Shown: positions 10,309 to 20,681, counted from the stretch's first letter. The stretch is 64,000 bases of DNA from Candidatus Fermentibacterota bacterium (GCA_963845085.1 CAWJQI010000004.1:192001-256000), one strand, 5' to 3'. Notes: generated from the letters alone by a model not told the origin. Program-made: numbers and translations.

Positions 10309-10925
10309 AGAGTGCCAACCTCCCCGACTTCCGGACTCAAAACGACAGGAACAGCCTGAAGCAGAACGGCGAAGAGGTAGACAGCCCAGGCAAGCCTGAT
10401 ACCGAAGGACGGGCCGGCTCCCCACACCGCGGACAACCCTCTTCCAAAGATAAATACAGTCGCTATCGAAGGAATATCCAAATTCAAAAGAACAATGAAC
10501 ACAAAAGCGCCGGCCTGGCTGCCCGGAAGCCATGCAGCCAGCTCACCGAGGCTCCAGGTGAACCCCGGCGGCAGCCCCGCCGGCCTTTGCACCCACATGA
10601 GCAGCGCCACACATAAAACCCACACTGTCATCGACATGAACGCGCTGTACATTGCCGGCAGCAACCGGGCCTTTTCGCCAAGCGCCCTCGCAATTCCCCA
10701 GACGGCCGCGCCTCCCAGGGCGGCAAGAAGCATTCGCTCAACGAGCATGAAGACTGGGACCTCCCAGGAGAGGATCGAGTACTGAACACCGGCGGCGAAA
10801 CCGCCCAGGAGGATTAGAAGGGCAGAGGAAACAAGCGCCTGAAGCCGGCCTTCGCCGACAAGGTACCGGTGGGCATGGACCGGCCGCACGAACTGGGTTA
10901 TAGGCGCGAAGAGGGCTTTACTCAA
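10305..10925 (-). CDS. Yip1-like multi-pass membrane protein
   Basis: About 5 hydrophobic segments; overlaps both glgA and the TolC gene. Family assignment tentative. Confidence 0.55.
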   Translation of the reverse strand: MSKALFAPITQFVRPVHAHRYLVGEGRLQALVSSALLILLGGFAAGVQYSILSWEVPVFMLVERMLLAALGGAAVWGIARALGEKARLLPAMYSAFMSMTVWVLCVALLMWVQRPAGLPPGFTWSLGELAAWLPGSQAGAFVFIVLLNLDIPSIATVFIFGRGLSAVWGAGPSFGIRLAWAVYLFAVLLQAVPVVLSPEVGEVGTL

Positions 10926-12315
10926 CTGCGGCCCTCCTCAGTGCCTGCCTGTAAACCTCGATGTAGGATGGAACCCTGTTGCCCCAGGAATTGTCCGCCC
11001 CCATGCAGCGCCTTCTTTTCGCTGCCCACCGGGCCGGACCCGAGTTCCACAGCTGCATGACCGAATCAAGAGCATCGGGAAACCCTGCCGGGTCGTCGAA
11101 CAGGAAACCCGTCGCGTCGTCAACGGTATCACCAAGCCCGCCGGTCCTTCTGACAAGCGGAACCGATCCGTACCTCATGGCTGTCATCTGGGACAGCCCG
11201 CACGGTTCAAACGTCGACGGCATGAGGAAGAGGTCGCTGCCCGAGAAAATCCTTCTCGCAAGGCTGTCGCAGTAGTCGATCCTGACCGCGACCGATCCGG
11301 GATGCCTGGCGGCGGCCATCCTGAGGGCGAGTTCATACTTCGCCTCGCCCGCGCCAAGAACCACAAGGCTCATCCCCCGGCCGAGCAGGCCGGGCAATGA
11401 ATCCAGAAGCAGGTCGACTCCCTTCTGGGGAGTGAGCCTTGTGACCATTCCGACGATCGGACCGCTGCCTGGAAGCAGCGCCATCTCCTTCACAAGTTCG
11501 GAACGGCACTTCCTTCTGCCGGAGATGCTCCCGGTGGAAAAACCGGCAGGCAGCGCGGGATCATCCCCTGGATTCCAGCAGACGGGATCGATCCCGTTGA
11601 GAATGCCGACAAGCTTTTCGCTTTCATGTTCAAGAACGGTCTCAAGCCCGAACCCGTAACGAGGGGTTCTGATCTCCCCCGCGTAGGAGGGGCTGACCGT
11701 GGTCACTGCGGACGCGCTGACAATAGCCCCCTTCATCATGTTCCAGTCGCCCCAGAACTCCAGCAGACCGGGATGGAAGTACTCATCCGGAAGCCCGGCG
11801 GAAGGCCAGCTTTCCGGCCCGAACCTTCCCTGGAACGCCATGTTGTGTATGGTGAAAACGGAAGCTCTCCCGCTTTTGCTGAGGTATACCGGCAGAAGGC
11901 CTGTCTGCCAGTCGTGGCAGTGAAAGATGTCGGGATGGAACCCTGTGACGGCTGCGGACGCCTCGACCGCCCTCGAGAAGAAGGCGAACCTGCTGAAGTT
12001 GTCGGGCCATGACGAGTCCGGGGTCGGGCCGTAGAGCCCCTTTCTCGAGAACTCCTCGTCCCTCGCGACAAGGTAGGCCCTGATGCCGTTCGGCAGCCTT
12101 GTCTCCGCGATCCCGAACTCCTCGCCCATGAATGTCCGTCCCGCGCCGGTCCAGCGAATTCCCCTCCTTCCCTCGAGGTCTCCGTAGAAGGGGATGATCA
12201 CCCTGGCATCGACGCCCTCGCTCGAAAGCGCTGCGGGAAGCTCGGCGACCACTGCGGCCAGACCGCCGGTACAGGCGAGCGGGTAAACCTCGGATGCCGC
12301 AAACAGCACCTTCAT
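10918..12315 (-). CDS. glgA: Glycogen synthase (GT5)
   Basis: MKVLFAASE, TGGL, HCHDWQT, TIHNMAFQG, RLTPQKG, FEPCGL. Confidence 0.92.
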   Translation of the reverse strand: MKVLFAASEVYPLACTGGLAAVVAELPAALSSEGVDARVIIPFYGDLEGRRGIRWTGAGRTFMGEEFGIAETRLPNGIRAYLVARDEEFSRKGLYGPTPDSSWPDNFSRFAFFSRAVEASAAVTGFHPDIFHCHDWQTGLLPVYLSKSGRASVFTIHNMAFQGRFGPESWPSAGLPDEYFHPGLLEFWGDWNMMKGAIVSASAVTTVSPSYAGEIRTPRYGFGLETVLEHESEKLVGILNGIDPVCWNPGDDPALPAGFSTGSISGRRKCRSELVKEMALLPGSGPIVGMVTRLTPQKGVDLLLDSLPGLLGRGMSLVVLGAGEAKYELALRMAAARHPGSVAVRIDYCDSLARRIFSGSDLFLMPSTFEPCGLSQMTAMRYGSVPLVRRTGGLGDTVDDATGFLFDDPAGFPDALDSVMQLWNSGPARWAAKRRRCMGADNSWGNRVPSYIEVYRQALRRAAVE

Positions 12316-12926
12316 CTCACCCTCCTTTTCAGGAACAGCCTGTGAACGACAAATAGGATAAGCCCGGCCGACAGGACCACAAGAACGATCCTGCCGTAGG
12401 CGGCCATGAAAGCGGTTGCGGAATCGATGTTCACGCCCAGTATGACCGACAGAACGGAAAGCAATGCGTACCAGAGAACGGCGCTGGCCAGCGAAGGCAC
12501 AAGCACGGCTGCCCTTCCCATCCCGCTCCATGATGCCGCAACGACGAGAAGCGACCTTATGCCGGGGATGAACCTGCTCAGGAAGAGCGCCCACCCTCCG
12601 TACCTCGCAACAAGGGACCTGGCCCTCTCCATGCCCCTTTCCCGGGCTGCGCCCCCCGGAAGGAACCTCTCAAGCCATTTGGGGCCCGCACCCCTTCCTG
12701 CCTCGTCCAGAAGAAAAGTTGCAAGCCCGCAACCGAAAAAGCCGGGTATCCAGAGGATCCAGGGGCTGGAGCCCCCGGAAAATCCGATCCCACCGGCAAC
12801 GATGTAGAGCACGTCTCCGGGGAAGGGGGGAAACACCGTTTCAATGAAGGCCGTGACGAAAAGCACCGGAGCCGATGCCCATGAGTCGAGGCCACTGAGA
12901 ACAAGCCTCCATGCCCCTTCGGTCAT
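12312..12926 (-). CDS. DedA family membrane protein
   Basis: FIETVFPPFPGD and SRFIPGIR motifs. Confidence 0.9.
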   Translation of the reverse strand: MTEGAWRLVLSGLDSWASAPVLFVTAFIETVFPPFPGDVLYIVAGGIGFSGGSSPWILWIPGFFGCGLATFLLDEAGRGAGPKWLERFLPGGAARERGMERARSLVARYGGWALFLSRFIPGIRSLLVVAASWSGMGRAAVLVPSLASAVLWYALLSVLSVILGVNIDSATAFMAAYGRIVLVVLSAGLILFVVHRLFLKRRVR

Positions 12927-14038
12927 GCTTCAAGGACCGCCAGGGCCAGACAGCCGAAGCCGCCCGCCCTGCCGATATCGCCGAGCGAGTTGGTCGTGGT
13001 GCCCTTGATCCAGATCCTTGCCGTCGGTGAGCCAAGGATCTCCGACAGCCTTTCGATCATCAGGTCCCTGTTGGGCGCGACTCTGGGCCTGTCACCGATG
13101 AGCGTAAGGTCGAGGCGGCTGAGTTCCCACCCTGCCGCGCGAACCCTCGCCATGCACCCCGTGAGGATCACTGCGCTGTCCGCATCCTTCCAGACGGGAT
13201 CAGAGGGGGGGTAGAAGGTGCCGATGTCGCCAAGGGACGCAGCGGCGAGAAGGGCGTCGGCGGCGGCATGAAGCACGGCATCGCCATCGGAGTGCCCCAT
13301 TGGGCCTCCGGTTTCGGAAAGACGACAGCCTGCCGCGATCATCGGCCGGTTCTCGCTGAAGGGGTGAAAATCCAGCCCCTGCCCGAAGGACAGCCTCGGC
13401 ATGAAGCCGAAACAAGCCCTGTCGCCGGGTTCGGTGAGTTTCAGATTGCCCGGATCACCGGGCACGACTGCAACGGACACTCCGGCAGCCTCCATGGCCG
13501 AACTCTCGTCCGTAACATCGGGAGCGTCGGCAAGAACGCCAAGAAGCTGGTCATAGATGAAACCCTGCGGCGTCTGGACCGCCCAGAGTTTCTCCCTGTC
13601 AACCGTTGATGCGACAAACCCGCCCTGCACCGACTTGAGCGTGTCGCGGACCCTCATCCCCGGAATGGCTGCGCCATGTTCCTCGACCGCCCTCATGACC
13701 CTGAGAACCGTTTCCCTGGTCAGGCCGGGTCTGGCACCGTCGTGTACAAGCACATACCTTGGGTGATCAAGGGCCGCCAGGGCGGACATGACCGAATCCT
13801 GCCTGCGGATCCCGCCCTCGACCACGCGCACCCCCGGCGGCGGCGTCCAGTGGTCTTGCCACGGAAACCCGGGCGGAACCGAGACAGCAACGGGCATCAT
13901 CCCCGCAAGCAGTTCCACCGACCACTGGAGCACCGGTTTTCCGCCAAGCAGGGAAAACTGCTTCGGCAACGGTCCGCCGTACCTGCTCCCCGCACCGGCA
14001 GCGGTGACAACAGCGCCCCAACCGTCGAAGCCGGACAT
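12923..14038 (-). CDS. ispDF: Bifunctional IspD/IspF
   Basis: AAGAGSR, PKQF, VHDGARP, QTPQGF, then DFH and GHSDGD. Confidence 0.93.
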   Translation of the reverse strand: MSGFDGWGAVVTAAGAGSRYGGPLPKQFSLLGGKPVLQWSVELLAGMMPVAVSVPPGFPWQDHWTPPPGVRVVEGGIRRQDSVMSALAALDHPRYVLVHDGARPGLTRETVLRVMRAVEEHGAAIPGMRVRDTLKSVQGGFVASTVDREKLWAVQTPQGFIYDQLLGVLADAPDVTDESSAMEAAGVSVAVVPGDPGNLKLTEPGDRACFGFMPRLSFGQGLDFHPFSENRPMIAAGCRLSETGGPMGHSDGDAVLHAAADALLAAASLGDIGTFYPPSDPVWKDADSAVILTGCMARVRAAGWELSRLDLTLIGDRPRVAPNRDLMIERLSEILGSPTARIWIKGTTTNSLGDIGRAGGFGCLALAVLEA

Positions 14039-15081
14039 CAGGCCCGGTCCTCGACATCGGCCTCCAGGACTTCCTCCTCCTGTTTCTCCACCGAGGCGAA
14101 GACCATGGTCCCGCCCGAAGCCCTGAATGTCGTGTGCGCGGTAACGACAAGGTCGCTGCCGACCTGTGTCGCCGCTTCGTCGACAACGACCATGGTGCCG
14201 TCGGACAGAAAGCCCACGCCCTGGCCGTTTCCGCGGCCTTTTTTCTGTATCTTCACGGTCAGCTTTTCGCCGGGCAGCACCACCGCCCTGCCGGCCGCGC
14301 CGACTTCATCCAGCCTTATCACATGGATGCCTTCCCGTTCAGCCGTATCGAGAAGCATCGCGTCGGAACTCAACAGAGCGGCACCGGTCTGTCTGAGCCA
14401 CTCCAGCATTCTGTGCTTTTCGCGTTCACCGTCGCCGAAATCGCGGAACTCGAGCAGACCGCCGGCTTTTCCTACGGCTTCCTCAAGCCTCTGAAGGGTT
14501 TCGGTACCTCTTCTGGCCCTTCCGCGGGAAACGGTGTTCCGGCTCTTCTGAAGCGTTTCGAGGCTTGCCTTGACCGACATGGGAACGGTGAAAGGCCCGG
14601 GAAGGATCCCGGCGAGGGTCAGATCCGCCACCCTGCCGTCGATTATCGCATTCATGTCTACGAGCACGGGGAGGAAAAGCCTCGTTCCCCTTTCCTCCTC
14701 GACTTTGAGAAGGTTGATCTTCCTGCCCTTCGTCAGGGCAGCCCGTGAGAACACGTAGGCCAGTGCGAAGGGAACAAGCACCAGCAGGTCGGCCCCCCCG
14801 GCCCTGAGTTCGATGTCACCTATGTGCAGAACCAACATCAGTAAAAGGCCAATTAACAGCCCCAGGAAGGTTCCGGCCGTGATGTACACAAAACCATCGG
14901 CACGGAGCCCTGTCACAAGCCTCTCAAGGACAAGGGCAAACGCTCCGATCGCTATCCCTGCGAAACCCATCCAGAAACTCTCCACCGATGCGAAGGGGCT
15001 TTCCGTGGCAAGGGTGCCCGCCAAACCCAGAACAAGCACGAAAACGAGCCTGCTCTCCCATCCGTTCTTTCTCAGAGCCAT
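14038..15081 (-). CDS. Membrane PIN/TRAM domain protein (YacL-like)
   Basis: 4 TM segments, DxxAIIDGR, GVGFLSDGTMVVV; lies between radA and ispD. Confidence 0.88.
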   Translation of the reverse strand: MALRKNGWESRLVFVLVLGLAGTLATESPFASVESFWMGFAGIAIGAFALVLERLVTGLRADGFVYITAGTFLGLLIGLLLMLVLHIGDIELRAGGADLLVLVPFALAYVFSRAALTKGRKINLLKVEEERGTRLFLPVLVDMNAIIDGRVADLTLAGILPGPFTVPMSVKASLETLQKSRNTVSRGRARRGTETLQRLEEAVGKAGGLLEFRDFGDGEREKHRMLEWLRQTGAALLSSDAMLLDTAEREGIHVIRLDEVGAAGRAVVLPGEKLTVKIQKKGRGNGQGVGFLSDGTMVVVDEAATQVGSDLVVTAHTTFRASGGTMVFASVEKQEEEVLEADVEDRA

Positions 15082-16439
15082 TCCTCTCCCTTTTCGCAAA
15101 GAAGCTCGCCGATCGCGGCGGACAGACGGACAAAGCCCGGAGCCCCGTTCTTCTCAGCATCCGTGTCCTCCCTGGCACCCGCGAGGGTGGAAAACCCCAG
15201 GTTGACCGCTTCGGTGAACCTTCTGCCATAACCGGCCACAGGCCGTACCTCACCACCGAGACCGATCTCGCCACATACCGCGGTGCCCTTCCTCACTGCC
15301 CTCTCCAGACGGCTTGAGGCAACGGCAAGGCTAACGGCAAGGTCGGCCCCCGGATCTCCGAGGGTGAATCCCCCGGCAACATTGACATAAACATCCTGAT
15401 TTTCAAGATCGATCCCGCATCTGCGCTCAAGCACCGCGAGCAGCATCGCAAGCCTCGCCGCGTCAAAGCCCGAGGCACGTCTCTGCGGGTAGCCGTACCG
15501 GGATGGGCTTGTGAGTGCCTGAACCTCGACAAGAAACGGCCTGGAGCCCTGCAGCACCGCCGCGGGCACCGAGCCTGGAACAGCCTCGCTCTCCCTTCGC
15601 AGGAAAAGACCCGAGGCGTTGGAAACCCCGGACAGCCCTCTGGGACCCATTTCAAACACTCCGAGTTCGTTCGTGCCTCCGAACCGATTCTTCACCGCAC
15701 GAAGGAGCCTGTACTGGTGCGACGCGTCCCCCTCGAAGTAGATGACGGTATCGACAAGGTGCTCAAGAACCTTGGGGCCGGCAAGGGTTCCGTCCTTTGT
15801 CACGTGCCCCACTACGAAGGCGGTTATCTCCCTGGGTTTGCACAGGCTGATCAGGGAGGCGGCGCAGTGTCTCACCTGCGACACCGAACCGGGAGCGCTT
15901 TGAAGGTCGGGGGAGTGCAGGGTCTGGACCGAATCAACAACGAGAACCCTGTAGCCGCCTGATTCCACGACGCCGGCGACAGTGTCGAGCCTGGTTGCCG
16001 GAAGTATCGAAAGCCCAGCGGGCGATGACCCTATCCTGCCGGCCCTGCCTGCGATCTGAGCCGCCGATTCCTCCCCGGTCGCGTACAGAACCGAAATCCC
16101 GGCTGCGGCCATGTTCATCGCCGCCTGCAGTATTATCGTGCTCTTGCCTATGCCGGGCTCGCCTCCGAGGAGGATTACGCTCCCCTCGCTTGCGCCGCCT
16201 CCCAGTACCCTGTCGAATTCGGGAAGCCCGGTCGGCAGGCGGGCGCCGGTGTCGACCGTTACCTCACTGAGGTTGACGGGCCTTGCGTTCTCTGCGGGGA
16301 AATACCCCGTCGACGGCTGGGCATCGCGCCGTTCCTCGACCATGGTGTTCCAGCTGAGGCAGTGCGGGCATTTGCCGCTCCAGGCGTGGGTTTCGCCCCC
16401 GCAGGAACTGCATACGAACACCGACCTCGGTTTTGGCAT
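15072..16439 (-). CDS. radA: DNA repair protein RadA/Sms
   Basis: C4 zinc finger, GEPGIGKST, KNRFG, Lon-like C-terminal domain. Confidence 0.97.
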   Translation of the reverse strand: MPKPRSVFVCSSCGGETHAWSGKCPHCLSWNTMVEERRDAQPSTGYFPAENARPVNLSEVTVDTGARLPTGLPEFDRVLGGGASEGSVILLGGEPGIGKSTIILQAAMNMAAAGISVLYATGEESAAQIAGRAGRIGSSPAGLSILPATRLDTVAGVVESGGYRVLVVDSVQTLHSPDLQSAPGSVSQVRHCAASLISLCKPREITAFVVGHVTKDGTLAGPKVLEHLVDTVIYFEGDASHQYRLLRAVKNRFGGTNELGVFEMGPRGLSGVSNASGLFLRRESEAVPGSVPAAVLQGSRPFLVEVQALTSPSRYGYPQRRASGFDAARLAMLLAVLERRCGIDLENQDVYVNVAGGFTLGDPGADLAVSLAVASSRLERAVRKGTAVCGEIGLGGEVRPVAGYGRRFTEAVNLGFSTLAGAREDTDAEKNGAPGFVRLSAAIGELLCEKGEEWL

Positions 16440-17794
16440 CAGTAGTAGCCCTCGTCCTGATGGGCCGGATCGAACCTTGTCGTGGCCGTGGTGAAGACGA
16501 GCCTCACCTTCCCCCTCGGGCCGTTCCTCTGCTTGGCCACCAGAAGGTCGATGTTCCTGTATCTGTCGGAAGTGCCGTCGGAATCGGTCTGGCCGGTATC
16601 GGCCCTCTCGTCGTGAAGGAACATTACAAGGTCGGCGTCCTGCTCGATGGCTCCGCTGTCACGCAGATCGCTGAGCCGCGGAGGTCCCTCGCGCTTCGTG
16701 GCGTTCCGGCTGAACTGCGACAGCGTGATCACCGGAACGTGGATTTCCTTTGCAAGGGCCTTGAGCGCTCCCGAGTTCATTGCGACCTTCAACTGGTGGC
16801 TTTCGAGGTCGTCGGCCCCCTTCATGAGCTGAAGGTAGTCCACGAAGACCGCGGCAACCTTGTCCTTCCTGTGGAGCCGTCTGACCTTTGCCCGGAGTTC
16901 GGCGGATGTGAGCTCGGTCTTTTCGTTGATGGCTATCGGAAGGTCGGCAAGACGCCTCGCCGTCTGCTCGAGTTCAAGCCAGTTCTCGGGCCGAAGCGTC
17001 CCCTCGATGATGGGCTGCGTTCCAATGCCGCTCATCATGCTTATGAGCCTGCGGACCAGCATCTCGTCGGACATTTCAAGGCTGAAAAAGGCGACACATC
17101 CCTTTCCCTGCTCGGCTATGTGCCTGGCCATGTTGAGCGCGAGGCTGGTTTTCCCAACGCCGGGTCTTGCGGCGAGTATGATGAGCTCACCGGGGTGGAA
17201 GCCTGTCGTAAGCCTGTCCAACGGTTCAAGGCCTGTGGAGAGGCCCGTGACACCACCCTGTGACTCGCTCATCCGCCTCAGTGACTCAAGGGCTGCGGGG
17301 GCGATGTCGCCGGCTCGGCGGAAATCCTGCTCGGTCATGTTGCCGGCAATTCCGAAAATCCTCTGTTCAGCCTGGTCAAGCAGGTCAGTCGAGCTTCCGT
17401 CACCGGACATCACCCTGCGCACGGTTTCATTGGAAATACGCACAAGCTGCCGTAGCTGCGATTTCTCCCTGACGATGGATGCATAGGTGAGAACATTGGC
17501 CATGTAGGCCACGTCATTCGTAAGATCGGTTATGTAATCGACCCCCCCGCTGTCGGAGAAGCCTCCCCTGTTCTGAAACTCGGTTATTGCGGTGACCAGG
17601 TCAACAGGTTCGCCGCGGTCGTAAAGAGTTCTCAGGGTTGAAAATACATTCCTGTTCCTTGGATCGAGGAAATCCTCCTCCACAAGGATGCCGAAAACCT
17701 CAACCGCGATGTCGGGGTCAAGAAGGATCCCGCCCAGAACCCCCCTCTCGGCCTCGGGGCTGCTCGGCAGCCGGTTTTCAACTACCGGCGGCAT
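16439..17794 (-). CDS. dnaB: Replicative DNA helicase
   Basis: AARPGVGKT, FSLEM, VDYLQLM, DLRDSGAIEQDAD, KQRNGP. Confidence 0.97.
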   Translation of the reverse strand: MPPVVENRLPSSPEAERGVLGGILLDPDIAVEVFGILVEEDFLDPRNRNVFSTLRTLYDRGEPVDLVTAITEFQNRGGFSDSGGVDYITDLTNDVAYMANVLTYASIVREKSQLRQLVRISNETVRRVMSGDGSSTDLLDQAEQRIFGIAGNMTEQDFRRAGDIAPAALESLRRMSESQGGVTGLSTGLEPLDRLTTGFHPGELIILAARPGVGKTSLALNMARHIAEQGKGCVAFFSLEMSDEMLVRRLISMMSGIGTQPIIEGTLRPENWLELEQTARRLADLPIAINEKTELTSAELRAKVRRLHRKDKVAAVFVDYLQLMKGADDLESHQLKVAMNSGALKALAKEIHVPVITLSQFSRNATKREGPPRLSDLRDSGAIEQDADLVMFLHDERADTGQTDSDGTSDRYRNIDLLVAKQRNGPRGKVRLVFTTATTRFDPAHQDEGYY

Positions 17795-18473
17795 CCCTGG
17801 GCAGACCTTTCTCCTTCATGAGTGCAAGCAGTTTCTTCATGTCCTCCCATACGGGTCTTTTCAGGGCCGGTGAACGCAGCAGCGCGGCCGGGTGATATGT
17901 GACCATGACAAGTGCCTCACCGAAGTGATGTACCTCTCCCCTGAGTGCTCCGATGCCCCTGCGGGTTCCGAGAAGCGCAGCGGCCGCGCTGGCTCCCAGA
18001 GCGACGATGATCCCGGGCCTCATCAGTTCGATCTGCCGCTCCAGAATCGGAAAGCATGCCTCCACCTCGTCCGGCGCCGGGGTCCTGTTTCCCGGCGGCC
18101 TGCACTTCACCACATTGGCAATGTATACCGAATTCCTGTCAAGGGAAATCGCCCCGAGTATCCGGTCCAGCAGTTCGCCCGCCCTGCCCACGAAGGGAAG
18201 GCCCTGTTCGTCTTCATTGGCTCCGGGACCTTCGCCGACAAGAAGAATTCCGGACGAAGGGTTGCCATCGCCGAACACGAGCTTGTTCCTGCCTTCCGAG
18301 AGCCTGCATCGCACGCATCCCGAAACCTCCTCCCCCAGGGCTTCAAGGGTGGCGGGAAAACCCGGTGCCGACACCGGGGCGGATGAAACGTCCGCGTTGC
18401 CACGGGACAGCGTCGGAAGCGCGACCTCATTGACGCCAAAGCTTCTGACGGCGCTGATGACCGGATCGATCAA
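17778..18473 (-). CDS. Family 4 uracil-DNA glycosylase
   Basis: CxxC, GEGPG, NVVKCRPP, YHPAALL. Confidence 0.93.
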   Translation of the reverse strand: MIDPVISAVRSFGVNEVALPTLSRGNADVSSAPVSAPGFPATLEALGEEVSGCVRCRLSEGRNKLVFGDGNPSSGILLVGEGPGANEDEQGLPFVGRAGELLDRILGAISLDRNSVYIANVVKCRPPGNRTPAPDEVEACFPILERQIELMRPGIIVALGASAAAALLGTRRGIGALRGEVHHFGEALVMVTYHPAALLRSPALKRPVWEDMKKLLALMKEKGLPRDAAGS

Positions 18474-19736
18474 AGCCTCCCCCCGACGATTCCAGCTATC
18501 ACCATGGCAACGTACCTTTTCGAACCCGACGGCACGGAAACAGAATCTCCGTCGGCAAAAATAACCTCACCGCGATTGGTCTCGCTTTCCATTCCCTCGC
18601 CTGGAATGTCACCCCTGTTGAGGAAAACGGCGAATGACCCCTTTCGGATCATCTTCGCGAGCGCCCTTTCCCGGCTGTCAGGGCCGTACTCCAGAGAGAA
18701 GGAGAGCACGGGGCATGGTGCGTCGAGCGATTCGAGCAGATCGGGGGTGGGTTCCAGCTCGAGAAGTGTTGATCCCCCCCGCTGAATCTTGCCCGGCGCG
18801 GCGACCCTCGGGCGGAAATCGCTCACCGCCGCGGCCATTACCAAAAGGTCCGCCCCGCAGACGGCGCAACGCAGCTCGGCGAGCATCTCCTCCGCGGTCT
18901 CGACACGCCTCAATGGGACGGAGCCCGGCGGGGCATCGTACCGACAGGGGCCGCTGATAAAAGTCACCGAGGCGCCTGCGTCAAGAAAGGCATGAACCAT
19001 GGAAAGACCCATCAGTCCGCTCGAGCGGTTGGATATGAAGCGGACGGAATCCATCCCCTCACGGGTGGGACCGGAACAAACCACAACCCTGCGCCCTTTC
19101 CAGGCTGAGAGCCCGGCCGCAAGCCCGGGGTGGTAGGGAAAGGCCTCGGCCGGCCAGGACGAAGCCTGGAGCCTCATCCGCTCAGCTCGGTAGATGGAAC
19201 AGATCCGGTTCCGGGCCGAATCGAGGTCATCGTTGGCAATGAAGTAGTCGAACGCCCCGAGCATGGCCACCTCGGCCGCTGCTGCACAAAGCCTTTTCCT
19301 TACCGTTTCCCCGCTGTCGGTCGCCCTCTCGGAAAGCCGTCTGGAGAGCGCGTTCTGGTCCGGCGGAAGAACGAAGACAAGCACTGCTGACGGCACCGAC
19401 CTTTTTATCTGGAGGGCTCCCTGAACATCGATGTCGAGTATGACCGAAGCGCCGCCTGCCAGGGTGCAGCCCACCCATCCGCCATCTGTTCCGTAGCGGT
19501 TCCCGTGCACTTCGGCCCATTCCAGAAAGCGGCCGGAGGCGATCATTTCGGAGAATTCGTCGGGCGTGACAAAGTGGTAGTCAACCCCGTCGCGCTCATT
19601 GCCGCGCGGCTGCCTGGTGGTGGCGGACACTGAAAAAACAGCCTCCGGGAACACTTCGACCAGGTGCCGGGCAAGGGTAGTCTTGCCTGCGCCCGAGGGA
19701 CCCGAGATCACTACAAGAAGGCCCGCTACTGGACAT
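18470..19736 (-). CDS. gmk: Guanylate kinase fused to CoaB (phosphopantothenate-cysteine ligase) domain
   Basis: SGPSGAGKT, DGVDYHF, EWAEVHGNRYGT, then GPTRE..DSVRFISNRSSG and AAVSDF. Open frame starts at GTG 19711; probable true start is ATG 19736 with one extra base at 19722-19724. Confidence 0.88.
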
Positions 19737-20595
19737 TGGCGGCCTGTTCCTTCATTCCTCCGACCAGCTCCTTCATCCTGATCACGCCAAGCACTGCCTC
19801 GGGATCGGTCACCTTGGCGCCCATGGTGTTGAGCTCCCTGTGCATCTCCTGGATGAGAAAACCGAGCTTCATGCCGCAGGAGGAGTCGCCGAGTATGCCG
19901 ATGGTTTCACGGACATGGTGAAGCAGCCTCTGGCATTCCTCGGAAATGTCCAGTCTGTCGGCCATGACCGCTATCTCCTGAACCAGCCTCGCCTCATCGA
20001 GCACCGCATCTCCGAGAAGCTCCTGAACCCGCTTCCTGTTCCTCTCGAACGTGGACCTGACCCTCTCGCCATGCGTCGCAGAGATTGGTTCCACCTGTTC
20101 TGCAACTGCGGCAAGGCTTTCCCTGAACACCGCTGAAAGTCCTTCGCCCTCACGGCGCCTGGAGTCCAGAAGCCCCTCGAGGGCTTTTCGGATCACTCCG
20201 TCCATCACGCCGGCAAAATCACCGCTGCGGGTCGGGTCGGGTATCCTGAGAACCCCCGGCATTGAGACAAGGTCACCCGCGGTGATGCCCGCCTCAAGAC
20301 GGAATACGTCCCGAAGCTCCTCGACGGCCCTGACGTACGCGCCGGCCTTCTCGAGATCGGCCTCGGGCGCAGTCCCTGAGCCCTCTTCCGGGTCGACCGA
20401 TACTGTCAGTTCGATCCGTCCCCGATGAAACATCCCGCGCGCAAGCTCGTGGGCTTCCTGCTCGAGTGAGGCCGCCTCGCGGGGAAATCTGAGGTGAATG
20501 CTCAACCCCCGGTGGTTCACCGAACGGGCCGTCGCAGTAACAAGAAAGCTGTCGAGGCGCGCCGAAGCGCTGCCGAAACCGGTCATGGATTCCAT
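19726..20595 (-). CDS. yicC: YicC/YloC family endoribonuclease
   Basis: SMTGFG, SVNHR, DISEE, QEMHRELNT. Confidence 0.93.
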   Translation of the reverse strand: MESMTGFGSASARLDSFLVTATARSVNHRGLSIHLRFPREAASLEQEAHELARGMFHRGRIELTVSVDPEEGSGTAPEADLEKAGAYVRAVEELRDVFRLEAGITAGDLVSMPGVLRIPDPTRSGDFAGVMDGVIRKALEGLLDSRRREGEGLSAVFRESLAAVAEQVEPISATHGERVRSTFERNRKRVQELLGDAVLDEARLVQEIAVMADRLDISEECQRLLHHVRETIGILGDSSCGMKLGFLIQEMHRELNTMGAKVTDPEAVLGVIRMKELVGGMKEQAANVQ

Positions 20596-20681
20596 CTTCA
20601 TCTCCAGACGAAAGGGCGCCTTTGAAGCGTACTTATTATTTTCGCCCTCATGGCCGTCAACCCGAAGGGAAAGAAGAGCCC

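Noticed and set aside
12923..14038. IspD-IspF fusion as a novelty
   Set aside because: Bifunctional IspDF is well known.
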